NCBI GenBank assembly: GCA_964564035.1
Contig: CAZLZN010000005.1
Coordinates: forward strand, 1,504-65,503
Reading direction: 5' to 3'
From: an uncultured Gammaproteobacteria bacterium
Lineage (GTDB): Bacteria > Patescibacteriota > Microgenomatia > Levybacterales > UBA12049
Length of the DNA stretch: 64,000 bases
A program made the translations under genes and the position numbers. Position 1 is the first letter of the stretch, and each line of letters begins with the position of its first letter. The notes under the pieces were generated by a model that was not told the DNA's origin, did no database searches, and worked only from the letters and a program-made list of their open reading frames with translations. Shown here in pieces: positions 55,923-64,000 of the stretch.

Positions 55923-56200
55923 CTAAGATTATAGCACAGGTAACCGGTCAAAAATTTATAGATACCTGACGAACACTATGTGCACTTCAGGCATAGTATC
56001 CTCACTGATGGGAGATTTCTGCGGTTAAGAATAGCAGTCCGGGTTTTGATATTAGTTTATCCCGAAATTGTTTGGGATCGATTTATATGAAGGCAAAGAT
56101 GCAGAAATAAATCCGGCGTGTTCAAATTATTATTTACGGATTTATATACCCGTCGCAAATTCATTTATATGCGGCTTATTCCGGGCAATCGTGTTGTTTT

Positions 56201-56737
56201 TTATTTGCGCCTTACAAAAGTGTAATACCTGTTCATTGGTTTTTCTTGAACTTCTGTAAAGCCTATTTTCGCCGGTACTTCAAAATCCTTTTCGGAAATA
56301 TATTTTTCTTCGCATCTGAGATTGGGTCTTCTGACATTAAAAAATTCTTCAAGACCGTTATAAGCTACAGGCATTTTATTGGCTCCTAATACTCTGCCGT
56401 TATGCTCTATCCATTCGTGTATATATCCTGGCGTCGCCTTTGTGCCGTTTATTATACTGTGAACTGAATAACCGTTTCCAAGATAGTCGTTTCTGCGGGC
56501 CATCATATTATGTCCTTCTGTGCGTGTATAATAATGTGTTCTGATATTTTGGTTTGGTTCTGTTCTATATACACATTGCCGACTAAAAACTTTTTCTCCA
56601 CCCTCGGGTATGATCTGGCCTGCGGCGACCGCTCCTATTCCCAGAGCCAGGACTGAGGCGAATTTGTGTTTATTGATGTATTTTTCCGCTCCTGCTATAC
56701 TCGGTCTGAATTCCATATTGCAGGCATATTGTATCAC
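56201..56737 (-). CDS. Hypothetical single-pass membrane protein
   Basis: 178-aa ORF with the N-proximal helix FASVLALGIGAVAAGQII. Confidence 0.45.
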   Translation of the reverse strand: MIQYACNMEFRPSIAGAEKYINKHKFASVLALGIGAVAAGQIIPEGGEKVFSRQCVYRTEPNQNIRTHYYTRTEGHNMMARRNDYLGNGYSVHSIINGTKATPGYIHEWIEHNGRVLGANKMPVAYNGLEEFFNVRRPNLRCEEKYISEKDFEVPAKIGFTEVQEKPMNRYYTFVRRK

Positions 56738-56910
56738 TATTATAGGCCTATGTCAAGTAATATGAGTTATTGTACAGTTCACGTTCACAACGCGATTTCG
56801 TTATAGTCGGTACGGCAATTTTTTATGAATCGTCACAGCTATTGAATAGCCATTTGATAACAGTTTTAGCTAGGACTATAAAAGGATGCTTGTTTTAATT
56901 TGGCTCTGTT

Positions 56911-57261
56911 TTATACTGATTTTGCGGTTTGGACGATTTGGGAGAAGGTCTGCGGATCCTCTACTATAAGCTTTGAAAGCATCTTGCGGTCAATTTCGAT
57001 ATTAGCTTTCTTGAGTTTATTTATAAACACGCTGTAAGAAAGATCCTGCTGTTTAACAGCCTCTCCGATCCTGGTAATCCACAGTGATCTGAAATCGCGC
57101 TTTTTAAGCTTACGCCCGTGGAAAGAATATTGGTCGGCATGAAGTGAAGCTTCTTTCGCGGCCTTAATCAAGCGGCTTTTTGTGCCTCTATAACCTTTGT
57201 TTCTTTCCAAAAGCTTCTTGTGTTTTCTTCTTGATACAATTCCTCTTTTTACTCTAGCCAT
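56911..57261 (-). CDS. rplT: 50S ribosomal protein L20
   Basis: MARVKRGIVSRRKHKKLLERNKGYRG. Confidence 0.95.
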   Translation of the reverse strand: MARVKRGIVSRRKHKKLLERNKGYRGTKSRLIKAAKEASLHADQYSFHGRKLKKRDFRSLWITRIGEAVKQQDLSYSVFINKLKKANIEIDRKMLSKLIVEDPQTFSQIVQTAKSV

Positions 57262-57351
57262 AATCGCTCCTTTCAGTCGCTAAATTGAAAACTAAAATAT
57301 AAAAATTTAAAACTTATATATTTTAAGTTTTTCGTTTTCAGTTTTACGTTT

Positions 57352-57555
57352 TTACGCGTATCCAAACATTTTCCTTATCTTTTTAGCCATTGGTTTTGCC
57401 GCGACCCCCGGTTCGCTTTGTCTCCTGATCCTTCGTTGTGACTTTTTCATCTTATGGTGGCGTCCCATTTGGTGCACAAACATCACCTTGCCGGTTTTTG
57501 TGATCTTGAATCTTTTCTTAAGACTATTTTTTGTTTTTCTTTTTACTTTTGCCAT
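57352..57555 (-). CDS. rpmI: 50S ribosomal protein L35
   Basis: KRFKITKTGKVMFVHQMGRHHKMKKS. Confidence 0.9.
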   Translation of the reverse strand: MAKVKRKTKNSLKKRFKITKTGKVMFVHQMGRHHKMKKSQRRIRRQSEPGVAAKPMAKKIRKMFGYA

Positions 57556-57556
57556 A

Positions 57557-58180
57557 TTATACTTTTTTTTGAACTGCCGACACAGTTTCCTTTACTGTTT
57601 CGGCTTGTTCAGTATCCTCTTTGTCGCTCGTATTCTTTTTACCTTTTTCAACTGACAAAATAGAGATCATCTGTCTGCCCTCAAAATGAGGCGGCCTGTC
57701 CACTTTTGATATGTCGCTTAAAGCCTCAATTACGCTTCCTATTACTTTGTGACCGAATTCAGGATGAGTAATTTGTCTCCCCTTGAATTTTACGACGAGC
57801 CTTATTTTGTCACCGTTTTCTATAAACTCCCGGCCTCTTCTGATCATGACCTGAAGGTCATTGTCAGACATAAAAGGCCCGAGCCTTATCTCTTTTGTTT
57901 GAGATACTTTCGCTTTTTTCTTTTCTTCTTTTTTCTTTTTCTCCTGCTGGTATAAGAACTTCTTAAAGTTAATGATCTTTGCAACCGGAGGCTTTGCCAT
58001 TGGCGCAATCTCAACAAGATCCATCTCCTGATCTTGAGCCATTTTTAGAGCCTCGTGTCTTTGTAATACTCCGATCTGTTGACCTTGAGCATCCAGCACT
58101 CTAAGCTCCACAGCATTGATCCGCTGATTGATCTTATAAAATTTTTGCCTCTGCTGTTCTTGTCTACCTCTTCTTATCAA
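57557..58180 (-). CDS. infC: Translation initiation factor IF-3 (non-ATG start likely)
   Basis: INQRINAVELRVLDAQGQQIGV...PVAKIINFKKFLY...KEIRLGPFMSDNDL. The track ORF (to 58273) runs 110 nt into thrS. TTG at 58180 or ATA at 58177 are the plausible starts. Confidence 0.85.
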   Translation of the reverse strand: MIRRGRQEQQRQKFYKINQRINAVELRVLDAQGQQIGVLQRHEALKMAQDQEMDLVEIAPMAKPPVAKIINFKKFLYQQEKKKKEEKKKAKVSQTKEIRLGPFMSDNDLQVMIRRGREFIENGDKIRLVVKFKGRQITHPEFGHKVIGSVIEALSDISKVDRPPHFEGRQMISILSVEKGKKNTSDKEDTEQAETVKETVSAVQKKV

Positions 58181-59915
58181 TGTTTTCTTTAAGTTGGCGT
58201 ATAAACTCTGAAACTTTGGTTTTACCCAAATCTTCGCCTGTTCTTGTACGCACGGAAATTGCCTCCTCGGCAATTTCTTTGTCCCCTATTATACCCAGAA
58301 AAGGCACCTTTTGTAAAGTAGCGCTGCGTATCTTCGCCTGAAGCCTCTCAGCGCGCATATCGATCTCGCATCTGATGCCAGCGTCAACCATACTTTTTTT
58401 GACTTTTTCCGCGAACTCATTGTGTCTGTCGGCTATTGGAAGCAGTAATACCTGCTCGGGAGAGAGCCACAGCGGAAACGCTCCGGCATAATGTTCAATC
58501 AGAAATGCCATAACCCGTTCAATCGCACCTATGGAAGATCTATGGATTACGATTGGCTGCTCCGGTTGGCCTTGCTCGTTGATATAGCTAAGTTCAAATC
58601 TTTTTGGCATTACAAAATCATACTGCACGGTAAAAGCCGTGTCTTCTTTGCCATTCACATTTTTCATTTGTACATCGATCTTTGGACCATAAAAAGCCGC
58701 CTCGGCTTCCGCTTCCACAAAATGAGACTTGCGGGCTGTAAGCACATTTCTAAGCACGTTTTCTGCAAAATCCCAGGACGCATCATCTTTGAAATATTTT
58801 TTTTCATCTTTCCTATCACCCAAAGAAAGTCGATAATGATAGTCTTTGCCTGCTTCGAGGGAAAATTTTCCGGCGACAAATTCTATTAGATCAAGTACTC
58901 CGTTTATTTCCGCATCTGCCTGATCAGGCCTGGCGATTATATGCGCGTCTGCGAGAGTAAATACTCTCACTCTTTGGAGTCCTGCTAATTCCCCCGATTG
59001 TTCGTAGCGGTATAGCTTCGCAAGTTCCGCGATACGAAGCGGCAGGTCCCGGTAACTGTGTTGTGAAGCTAGATACAGCTCAAAATGGTGAGGACACGAC
59101 ATTGGTCTCAGCATAAATTGTTCTTCATCTATTGTTATCGGCGAGTACATTGAGTCTTTATAATAAGGATAATGACCCGATTTTTTATAGAGCTCGAGAC
59201 TTGCGATGTCGGGCGTATAGACATGTTTATATCCTCGTTTTATTTCTTCATCGACTATAAAACGCTCAAGTTCGCGCCTTATCACCGAACCTCTTTCGGT
59301 AAGCAGAGGAAGGCCTTTTCCGATGGTGTCTGAAAATACAAATAGCCCAAGTTCTCGCCCCAACTTCTTATGATCTCTCTTTTTTGCTTCCTCCTGCTGT
59401 TGCAGATATTCGTCCAGTTGTTTTTGTGTGTGAAATGCGGTCCCGTAGATCCTGGTCAGCATCTTATTTTTTTCACTACCCCTCCAGTAAGCACCTGCAA
59501 TGCTAAGTAGTTTAAACGCGCCGATCTCTTTAATTGGATTTTCGCTATGACCTCCACGGCACAAATCCTCAAAACTGCCTGATTTATACAATGTAATTTT
59601 TTCTCCCTTTGCGGTAATTTCATCGATCAGCTCCAATTTATAAGGATTGTGATTATAATATTCCCTGGCTTCTTTTTCGCTAACTTCCCGGCGGGTAAAT
59701 TTATCCCATGATTTTAGGATATCATTCATTTTATTTTCTATTTTCGGTAAATCTTCGTCGCTTAAGGGTGATTTGAAATCAAAATCATAGTAGAATCCGT
59801 TTTCGATCGCAGGACCGATAGTTAATTTCGTATTAGGATGTAGATCCAAGACGGCCGCCGCCAGCAGATGAGCGCAGGAATGCCGTAGATTTTGTAAATT
59901 TTCTTCAGGAGTCAT
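58164..59915 (-). CDS. thrS: Threonyl-tRNA synthetase (lacks the N-terminal TGS domain)
   Basis: Second-additional-domain motif HSCAHLLA, class II core (FRPMSCPHH-type MLRPMSCPHH) and a C-terminal anticodon-binding domain. Confidence 0.95.
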   Translation of the reverse strand: MTPEENLQNLRHSCAHLLAAAVLDLHPNTKLTIGPAIENGFYYDFDFKSPLSDEDLPKIENKMNDILKSWDKFTRREVSEKEAREYYNHNPYKLELIDEITAKGEKITLYKSGSFEDLCRGGHSENPIKEIGAFKLLSIAGAYWRGSEKNKMLTRIYGTAFHTQKQLDEYLQQQEEAKKRDHKKLGRELGLFVFSDTIGKGLPLLTERGSVIRRELERFIVDEEIKRGYKHVYTPDIASLELYKKSGHYPYYKDSMYSPITIDEEQFMLRPMSCPHHFELYLASQHSYRDLPLRIAELAKLYRYEQSGELAGLQRVRVFTLADAHIIARPDQADAEINGVLDLIEFVAGKFSLEAGKDYHYRLSLGDRKDEKKYFKDDASWDFAENVLRNVLTARKSHFVEAEAEAAFYGPKIDVQMKNVNGKEDTAFTVQYDFVMPKRFELSYINEQGQPEQPIVIHRSSIGAIERVMAFLIEHYAGAFPLWLSPEQVLLLPIADRHNEFAEKVKKSMVDAGIRCEIDMRAERLQAKIRSATLQKVPFLGIIGDKEIAEEAISVRTRTGEDLGKTKVSEFIRQLKENIDKKR

Positions 59916-60001
59916 CCGTTTACTATATCAAATAATCAAATTTTAATAAAGAGGTTGAATATATCTCTGACCTATCAATTTTTGAACCTACTGTGTAATT
60001 T

Positions 60002-60020
60002 TAATACTTAATACTTAATC
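60002..60020. repeat. Tandem heptamers TAATACT TAATACT TAATC
   Basis: Read directly. The last partial unit (TAATC) overlaps the stop codon of ORF 60019-60309 by 2 nt, so the repeat begins at that stop. Confidence 0.7.
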
Positions 60021-60309
60021 AAAGATTTGGATTATTGGTAAGCACAAAATCAATCACATCCGAGGCGAAGCCTCCAATTACAGGTACCAGATCAATTTGC
60101 CGGCCCACCAGGTTGAGGATCGTAAATACAAACGACAATCCGACAGTAGCGCCAAGCGCCCAGGAAATCCCGCCGAGAAAATTATTGAAAATAATCTCTT
60201 TTTTCGAAAGCTTTCTGACAGTTTTTTCAAATGGTTGTGAATCCTGAGCCATAGAATTTATGAATCCCTTAGTAATATTTCTAATATTTAAAAGTTTACC
60301 AGCTTTCAC
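60019..60309 (-). CDS. Small two-helix membrane protein, hypothetical
   Basis: NNFLGGISWALGATVGLSFVFTILNLVG...VPVIGGFASDVIDFV. Confidence 0.45.
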   Translation of the reverse strand: MKAGKLLNIRNITKGFINSMAQDSQPFEKTVRKLSKKEIIFNNFLGGISWALGATVGLSFVFTILNLVGRQIDLVPVIGGFASDVIDFVLTNNPNL

Positions 60310-60481
60310 CCTATACTATAATTTAGCACGAACAGTCCTATTCAACAAGTTAGTATTGAAAAAGGCGCATATCGTTCGGCTTTCCACCCACAATAACAAG
60401 ATTTTTACTCAATCGTCTATTGAAATGAATAAATCGGCGTTTACTTCCGAACTGAAAATTCTATTCACAACGTGCTAGCAC

Positions 60482-62836
60482 TCAATTATCGTTACCGGGG
60501 GAAGTTGAGGTTAGGCCGTCGTTTTTAATCACGCTCTCTGCCGGTTCGCCGTTTCTTATTCTGTCTTTTTCTTCTTCAGTCAACTCCCTGCCTGCGAGAA
60601 GCTTAGCTTGACCAAGCTGTTTATCGATATCTTCCTGGCTTGGCTTCGTTTTCTGTTCCGGCTCGTCCGTTTTCACGTCTCTCCCGGTTTCTCCTTCAGT
60701 GGGCTGAGCACTGCCTGCTGGCTCATTCGCTTCCTTTTGCGCGGGCTGTGCCTGTTCGGGTTGCGGCTGATCGCTCCCGCTCTTATCGGCATCTTTTTGG
60801 ACGTTATCCCCGGCATGTACCGGTTTTACCTGTTCAGCCTGTGCGGGTTCGGCTGGCTTTTGTTCCGATCCCTCAGCCTGAGTTGATTCTACTGCTTCAG
60901 CTTGTGTCTGCCTTTTTACCCCATATCTTACTCGAGGTTTTCTGATTACTTCATCTCCCATAGCAAAACCCCTTCTAAAGTGCACTTTGGTAATCCGATT
61001 AACATCCTCGTCATTGTCTACTACGTCTCGGGAAGAAACATCCATTTTATCCGGATCATAGGTTTCGCCAATATTCACCGTTATTGGTTTTATATTTTTA
61101 TCCGCCAGCAGTTTTATAAACTCGGCCTCTTTTTCTTCGATTAAAGCGCTGTCTTTAGGAGCTAGATCCTTCCGAGTTGCCTTGTCCAAGCTTAACATAT
61201 CCAAATAATTTATTAATAGCAATGCTTGATCTTTCTCGGACTTGTCTGATGCCATTTCGACAGATTTAACAGTAGTTAATAAATGCTGAGTAGTAAGTCG
61301 ATACAGTTCATCGCTAAAATCCGCAGGCTTTTGTTCATATGATTTAAGAACAGGCAGAAAATGTTTAATAAATTCATTATTGCCGTTACCTATTCTCTCG
61401 CTAAGCTCTTTTATATTTCTGGAAATCTCTTCAGTTGACGCATTGACCGGCTCAACTTCAACCTGTCCTGTTCTGTCTGTCTTCTTTTTCTTAAGCGTAT
61501 ATTCAGGCTCGCGGATGACATTACCATTTCTAGTATACCCTCCAAGTGCTAATGCATAGCCCTCCTCTTCATTCTCCTTTGCCTCAACTTCTGTTATTTT
61601 CGCCTTCTCCTTCTTTTCTTCCAGATATTTTTGAGGATCAATTGGTCTTACGCCCTTTTCCGCTAGCTTTTGCGCCACATCTGACTGTGTTTTTTTATAA
61701 AATTCTTTTTCCGGATCTGATAATTTGTCGAAGTCGGTATTTTGTAGAGTATCCAAAATAGATATGATAGTTAATAATTGACTTTCATCGCTTTTCGAAG
61801 TCATACTTTCGGCTTTGGTAAATGCCTCGACAACAGCCCGGGCATTATTTACAAATACTTCATCGCTAATGCCGTCTGGTTTGGTCTTGTACGATTCAAG
61901 TATTGGCTTAAAATGTTTCATAATTTCTGTACCTGTATTATCCAGTCTGTCATAAATTTCTGTAGCTCTTTTAGTCAACCCTTCAACAGAGTTGTTTTTT
62001 GCTTCTTCCTCGGCTTTTTTCCGCGCCTCTTCCCGTTTCCGTTTTTCCTCGTCCAGCCTGGCCTTTTCTCTCTTATCCCATTCTTGATAATTGCTGTTAA
62101 TAGCTTCCAGATATGCCTTATCGTCATCGCTGAGATTATTTATCTGTAATCCGGCAGCCTTCTTGAATTCCTCCTCATTGTTTTTGAGATTAAACATTCC
62201 CTCTGTGACAAGACGCGCAATTTCTGTCGAATTTTTCCCGTAGAAACTGCCGAGAGCTTCCAAAAGCGAAATTTCTTTTGTACTTATTGAGCCGTCCGGA
62301 TTAGTCTCGGAAATAGTTAGTGATTTTTTCTGCGCACTGCTGAGATCTTCTTCGCTGAAGGACTCGGCGATCCGCTTGCCAAAGAATCCGAGATTGCCTT
62401 TGCCTTCGACAAAAAACTCATCATAAAAATCTTTGGCGCTTTTACCTTGATCATAACCAAGTTTAACAAGTAAGCCTTTTTGTTCGGGATTGCCTCTGAA
62501 CGCGTTAAAAATCTGGTCGGCATTTGCAGTCCATTCGGTTTTTTTGTCATCAAACGCAATTTCACGGCCGGCTTTTTTTTCTTTATCCTTCCAATAATTA
62601 TCCCTTTCAAACTTGGAACTTTTTGTAATTTTTTCGAGATTCGGAGATTCACTGCTTGCCTTTATCGTGGTCAGAGCTTTAATTGTATTTTCGGAAGTGT
62701 CTTTTTTACCATCCATCAGCAGTGCCGCTTGCAAGCCGGCTTTTTCCTTATTAAAAAGCTCTTTTGTTTTTTCGGCTTCCTGCTGTACGGGAGCCGGTGC
62801 TTCCGGATTTATACCATTTGGTTGATTTTCAGCCAT
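60482..62836 (-). CDS. Large acidic protein with two tandem GrpE-like modules
   Basis: Residues about 575-640 read LLADKNIKPITVNIGETYDPDKMDV...VNRITKVHFRRGFAMGDEVIRKPRVRYGV. They follow the GrpE C-terminal pattern G.e.I...G..FDP..H.A...V......GY....r..RpA.V.V. A weaker copy lies at residues about 390-447. Confidence 0.5.
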   Translation of the reverse strand: MAENQPNGINPEAPAPVQQEAEKTKELFNKEKAGLQAALLMDGKKDTSENTIKALTTIKASSESPNLEKITKSSKFERDNYWKDKEKKAGREIAFDDKKTEWTANADQIFNAFRGNPEQKGLLVKLGYDQGKSAKDFYDEFFVEGKGNLGFFGKRIAESFSEEDLSSAQKKSLTISETNPDGSISTKEISLLEALGSFYGKNSTEIARLVTEGMFNLKNNEEEFKKAAGLQINNLSDDDKAYLEAINSNYQEWDKREKARLDEEKRKREEARKKAEEEAKNNSVEGLTKRATEIYDRLDNTGTEIMKHFKPILESYKTKPDGISDEVFVNNARAVVEAFTKAESMTSKSDESQLLTIISILDTLQNTDFDKLSDPEKEFYKKTQSDVAQKLAEKGVRPIDPQKYLEEKKEKAKITEVEAKENEEEGYALALGGYTRNGNVIREPEYTLKKKKTDRTGQVEVEPVNASTEEISRNIKELSERIGNGNNEFIKHFLPVLKSYEQKPADFSDELYRLTTQHLLTTVKSVEMASDKSEKDQALLLINYLDMLSLDKATRKDLAPKDSALIEEKEAEFIKLLADKNIKPITVNIGETYDPDKMDVSSRDVVDNDEDVNRITKVHFRRGFAMGDEVIRKPRVRYGVKRQTQAEAVESTQAEGSEQKPAEPAQAEQVKPVHAGDNVQKDADKSGSDQPQPEQAQPAQKEANEPAGSAQPTEGETGRDVKTDEPEQKTKPSQEDIDKQLGQAKLLAGRELTEEEKDRIRNGEPAESVIKNDGLTSTSPGNDN

Positions 62837-63225
62837 ATATTTTTATTGAATCTATTTAAAATTCTATGTCAAATTTTATTGTACAGTACCCAAAAAAACT
62901 TTACAAGAACCTTTTATATTCATAACAAATTATAGCTTAACCCCCCCGCTCTGATCATATTCTCATAAATTAAACTAATGCACGAGAAAATTAAATATAT
63001 TACACTCAAATTGTTCCGTTGTCTAGACAACAGTACAATAAATAAAATCACAAATTAAAAATGTTCAGCGCAGTAATTTCTTAAAAATTTGTCCACATTC
63101 GCTGAAATTCCTGAGCGTTCTTCGGCATGTTCAGGATAGTGAGCGTAAGCGCACCTTAGGCTCGAGTAAGATTCATTGAAGTATTCTTATATTCACGCGG
63201 CATTTAGATCGCACATTTCACGTTG

Positions 63226-63299
63226 TGGAGCTGACAGGACTTGAACCTGTGACCTTTTCAATGTCAATGAAACGCTCTAGCCAGCTGAGCTACAGCTCC
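63226..63299 (-). tRNA. tRNA-Val (anticodon GAC)
   Basis: Manual cloverleaf: GGAGCTG TA GCTC AGCTGGCTA GAGC G TTTCA TTGACAT TGAAA AGGTC ACAGG TTCAAGT CCTGT CAGCTCC A. Confidence 0.9.
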
Positions 63300-63470
63300 G
63301 ATTGCGCGCGTAGCGCAAGCCTAAAACTTAGAACAAAAGAAGATCTAAGAATTTTATTTTAACAAAAGGAGGTTTGGATTACAATGAGGCCAATATAAAT
63401 ATATTTTCCTTAATTCATGACCTGCCTTGCCGGCAAGCAGGTTCTAGATTATTGATTCTAAATATAACGC

Positions 63471-64000
63471 TTATCCTGTAGAAGTGGCAACATTTCTTTC
63501 ATTATTCTGCGTAAACGATGTGCCCTGTTTTTTGGCCATGCCCCAATACCCTTTTTTCTGTGATTTTCCCTTGATAGTATCAAGCCAGGCCTTGGAATCT
63601 TCTACTTTCTGTCTGGCCTGCTTGATCATGATTAGCATCCATTCAAAGAAATTCACATAGTACGTTCCCGGATTGACAGGTGTCTGGTCGACGCTGACTT
63701 GTCCGAATTCTCTCTGAAGCTCCTTCATTGAACTGGCAAGTTTTCTTATTTCGGACATAATTTGTTCAGCCCTCCTGCTGTGCTCTGTGGATTCTTTTCT
63801 GGACAGCCTCTCGCTGGATCGCAAAATTTCACTGCGGTAATCGATCCCGGCTTCTGCGTTTCTCCTGTTGGATCTCTCGCCTGATTTTTCGCCGCCGCTC
63901 AGCAGAATGGATTTTTCACTTAACAACTGCGCTGCAAAATCAAAAATAACTCCTTTTTTAGAAGGTTTTGCCTTCTCTTTGGATGCAGGATTGTTAGTAT
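63471..64000 (-). CDS. Hypothetical protein (N-terminus off the window)
   Basis: The track ORF 63471-63926 has a TTG start, but the frame stays open to position 64000 (...KPSKKGVIFDFAAQLLSEKS...). Confidence 0.5.
   Translation of the reverse strand, partial: TNNPASKEKAKPSKKGVIFDFAAQLLSEKSILLSGGEKSGERSNRRNAEAGIDYRSEILRSSERLSRKESTEHSRRAEQIMSEIRKLASSMKELQREFGQVSVDQTPVNPGTYYVNFFEWMLIMIKQARQKVEDSKAWLDTIKGKSQKKGYWGMAKKQGTSFTQNNERNVATSTG

Noticed and set aside
55923-56200. I looked for a T-box leader or other riboswitch upstream of pheS, and likewise upstream of thrS (59916-60018) and tyrS (50303-50495).
   Set aside because: I found no T-box core (GGTGGTACCGCG-like) or specifier-loop arrangement on the sense strand. 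The -10 boxes sit 5-8 nt from the start codons, which leaves no room for a leader.
63061-63225. The region 3-prime of tRNA-Val, considered as a second tRNA-derived element analogous to the one behind tRNA-Gln.
   Set aside because: It contains only short hairpins (CCTGA-N16-TCAGG) and a direct ATGTTCAG repeat. I could find no blocks of similarity to tRNA-Val.
63378-63399. A strong SD-like AAAGGAGGT followed by a 4-codon mini-ORF (ATG AGG CCA ATA TAA) on the plus strand.
   Set aside because: It is too short to call and is antisense to both neighbours. It is probably chance, and I have no supporting evidence for a leader peptide.
1-64000. I scanned the window for CRISPR arrays, rRNA genes, reverse transcriptase or retron signatures, and recoded stop codons.
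   Set aside because: - No regularly spaced direct repeats were seen in any intergenic gap.
- No rRNA-like conserved strings were found.
- No RT (YxDD) or Cas-like proteins were found.
- TGA, TAA and TAG all terminate well-supported genes, and there are no in-frame stops inside conserved proteins.

Overview
This is an AT-rich bacterial chromosomal window with about 65 protein genes, two tRNAs and no rRNA or CRISPR array. Standard code 11 fits: ORFs are long and intact, and TGA is used as a stop, for example at the end of pilB. The gene content suggests a reduced-genome Patescibacteria/CPR-like organism, which is inference only. It combines housekeeping operons, a type IV pilus motor, a class A PBP, NAD salvage genes and many orphan proteins, with no large biosynthetic operons.

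Recognisable blocks:
- Crp/Fnr regulator, pterin dehydratase and thermonuclease (1-1491)
- Two CaCA antiporters
- rarA, holB and a ProB-like kinase
- pilB-pilT-pilC, convergent with a PAS/GAF histidine kinase and response regulator
- An HtrA-like protease
- A Nudix, class IV aminotransferase, nadD, nadE operon
- truB and a DEAD-box helicase
- Two methyltransferases, dus and a HAD hydrolase
- rpmF-nusB-rnc, recG, tyrS, PBP1A, pheST and thrS-infC-rpmI-rplT

Observations worth a second look:
- A GC-rich 187-nt element built on a tRNA-Gln scaffold sits directly behind a normal tRNA-Gln.
- A RayT (IS200-like Y1 transposase) lies with four TACACCC...GGGTGTA REP hairpins, a truncated DDE-integrase remnant and a repeat-flanked cassette of orphan small ORFs.
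- A same-strand run of orphan enzymes and unknown proteins spans 3759-9217.
- A 784-aa acidic protein carries two GrpE-like modules.
- At least 15 genes show a -10 box 6-7 nt before the start codon, a leaderless-type architecture.
- Heptamer repeats occur at three loci, one of them in frame inside recG.

All functional calls rest on motifs I read in the translations. No database search was run.
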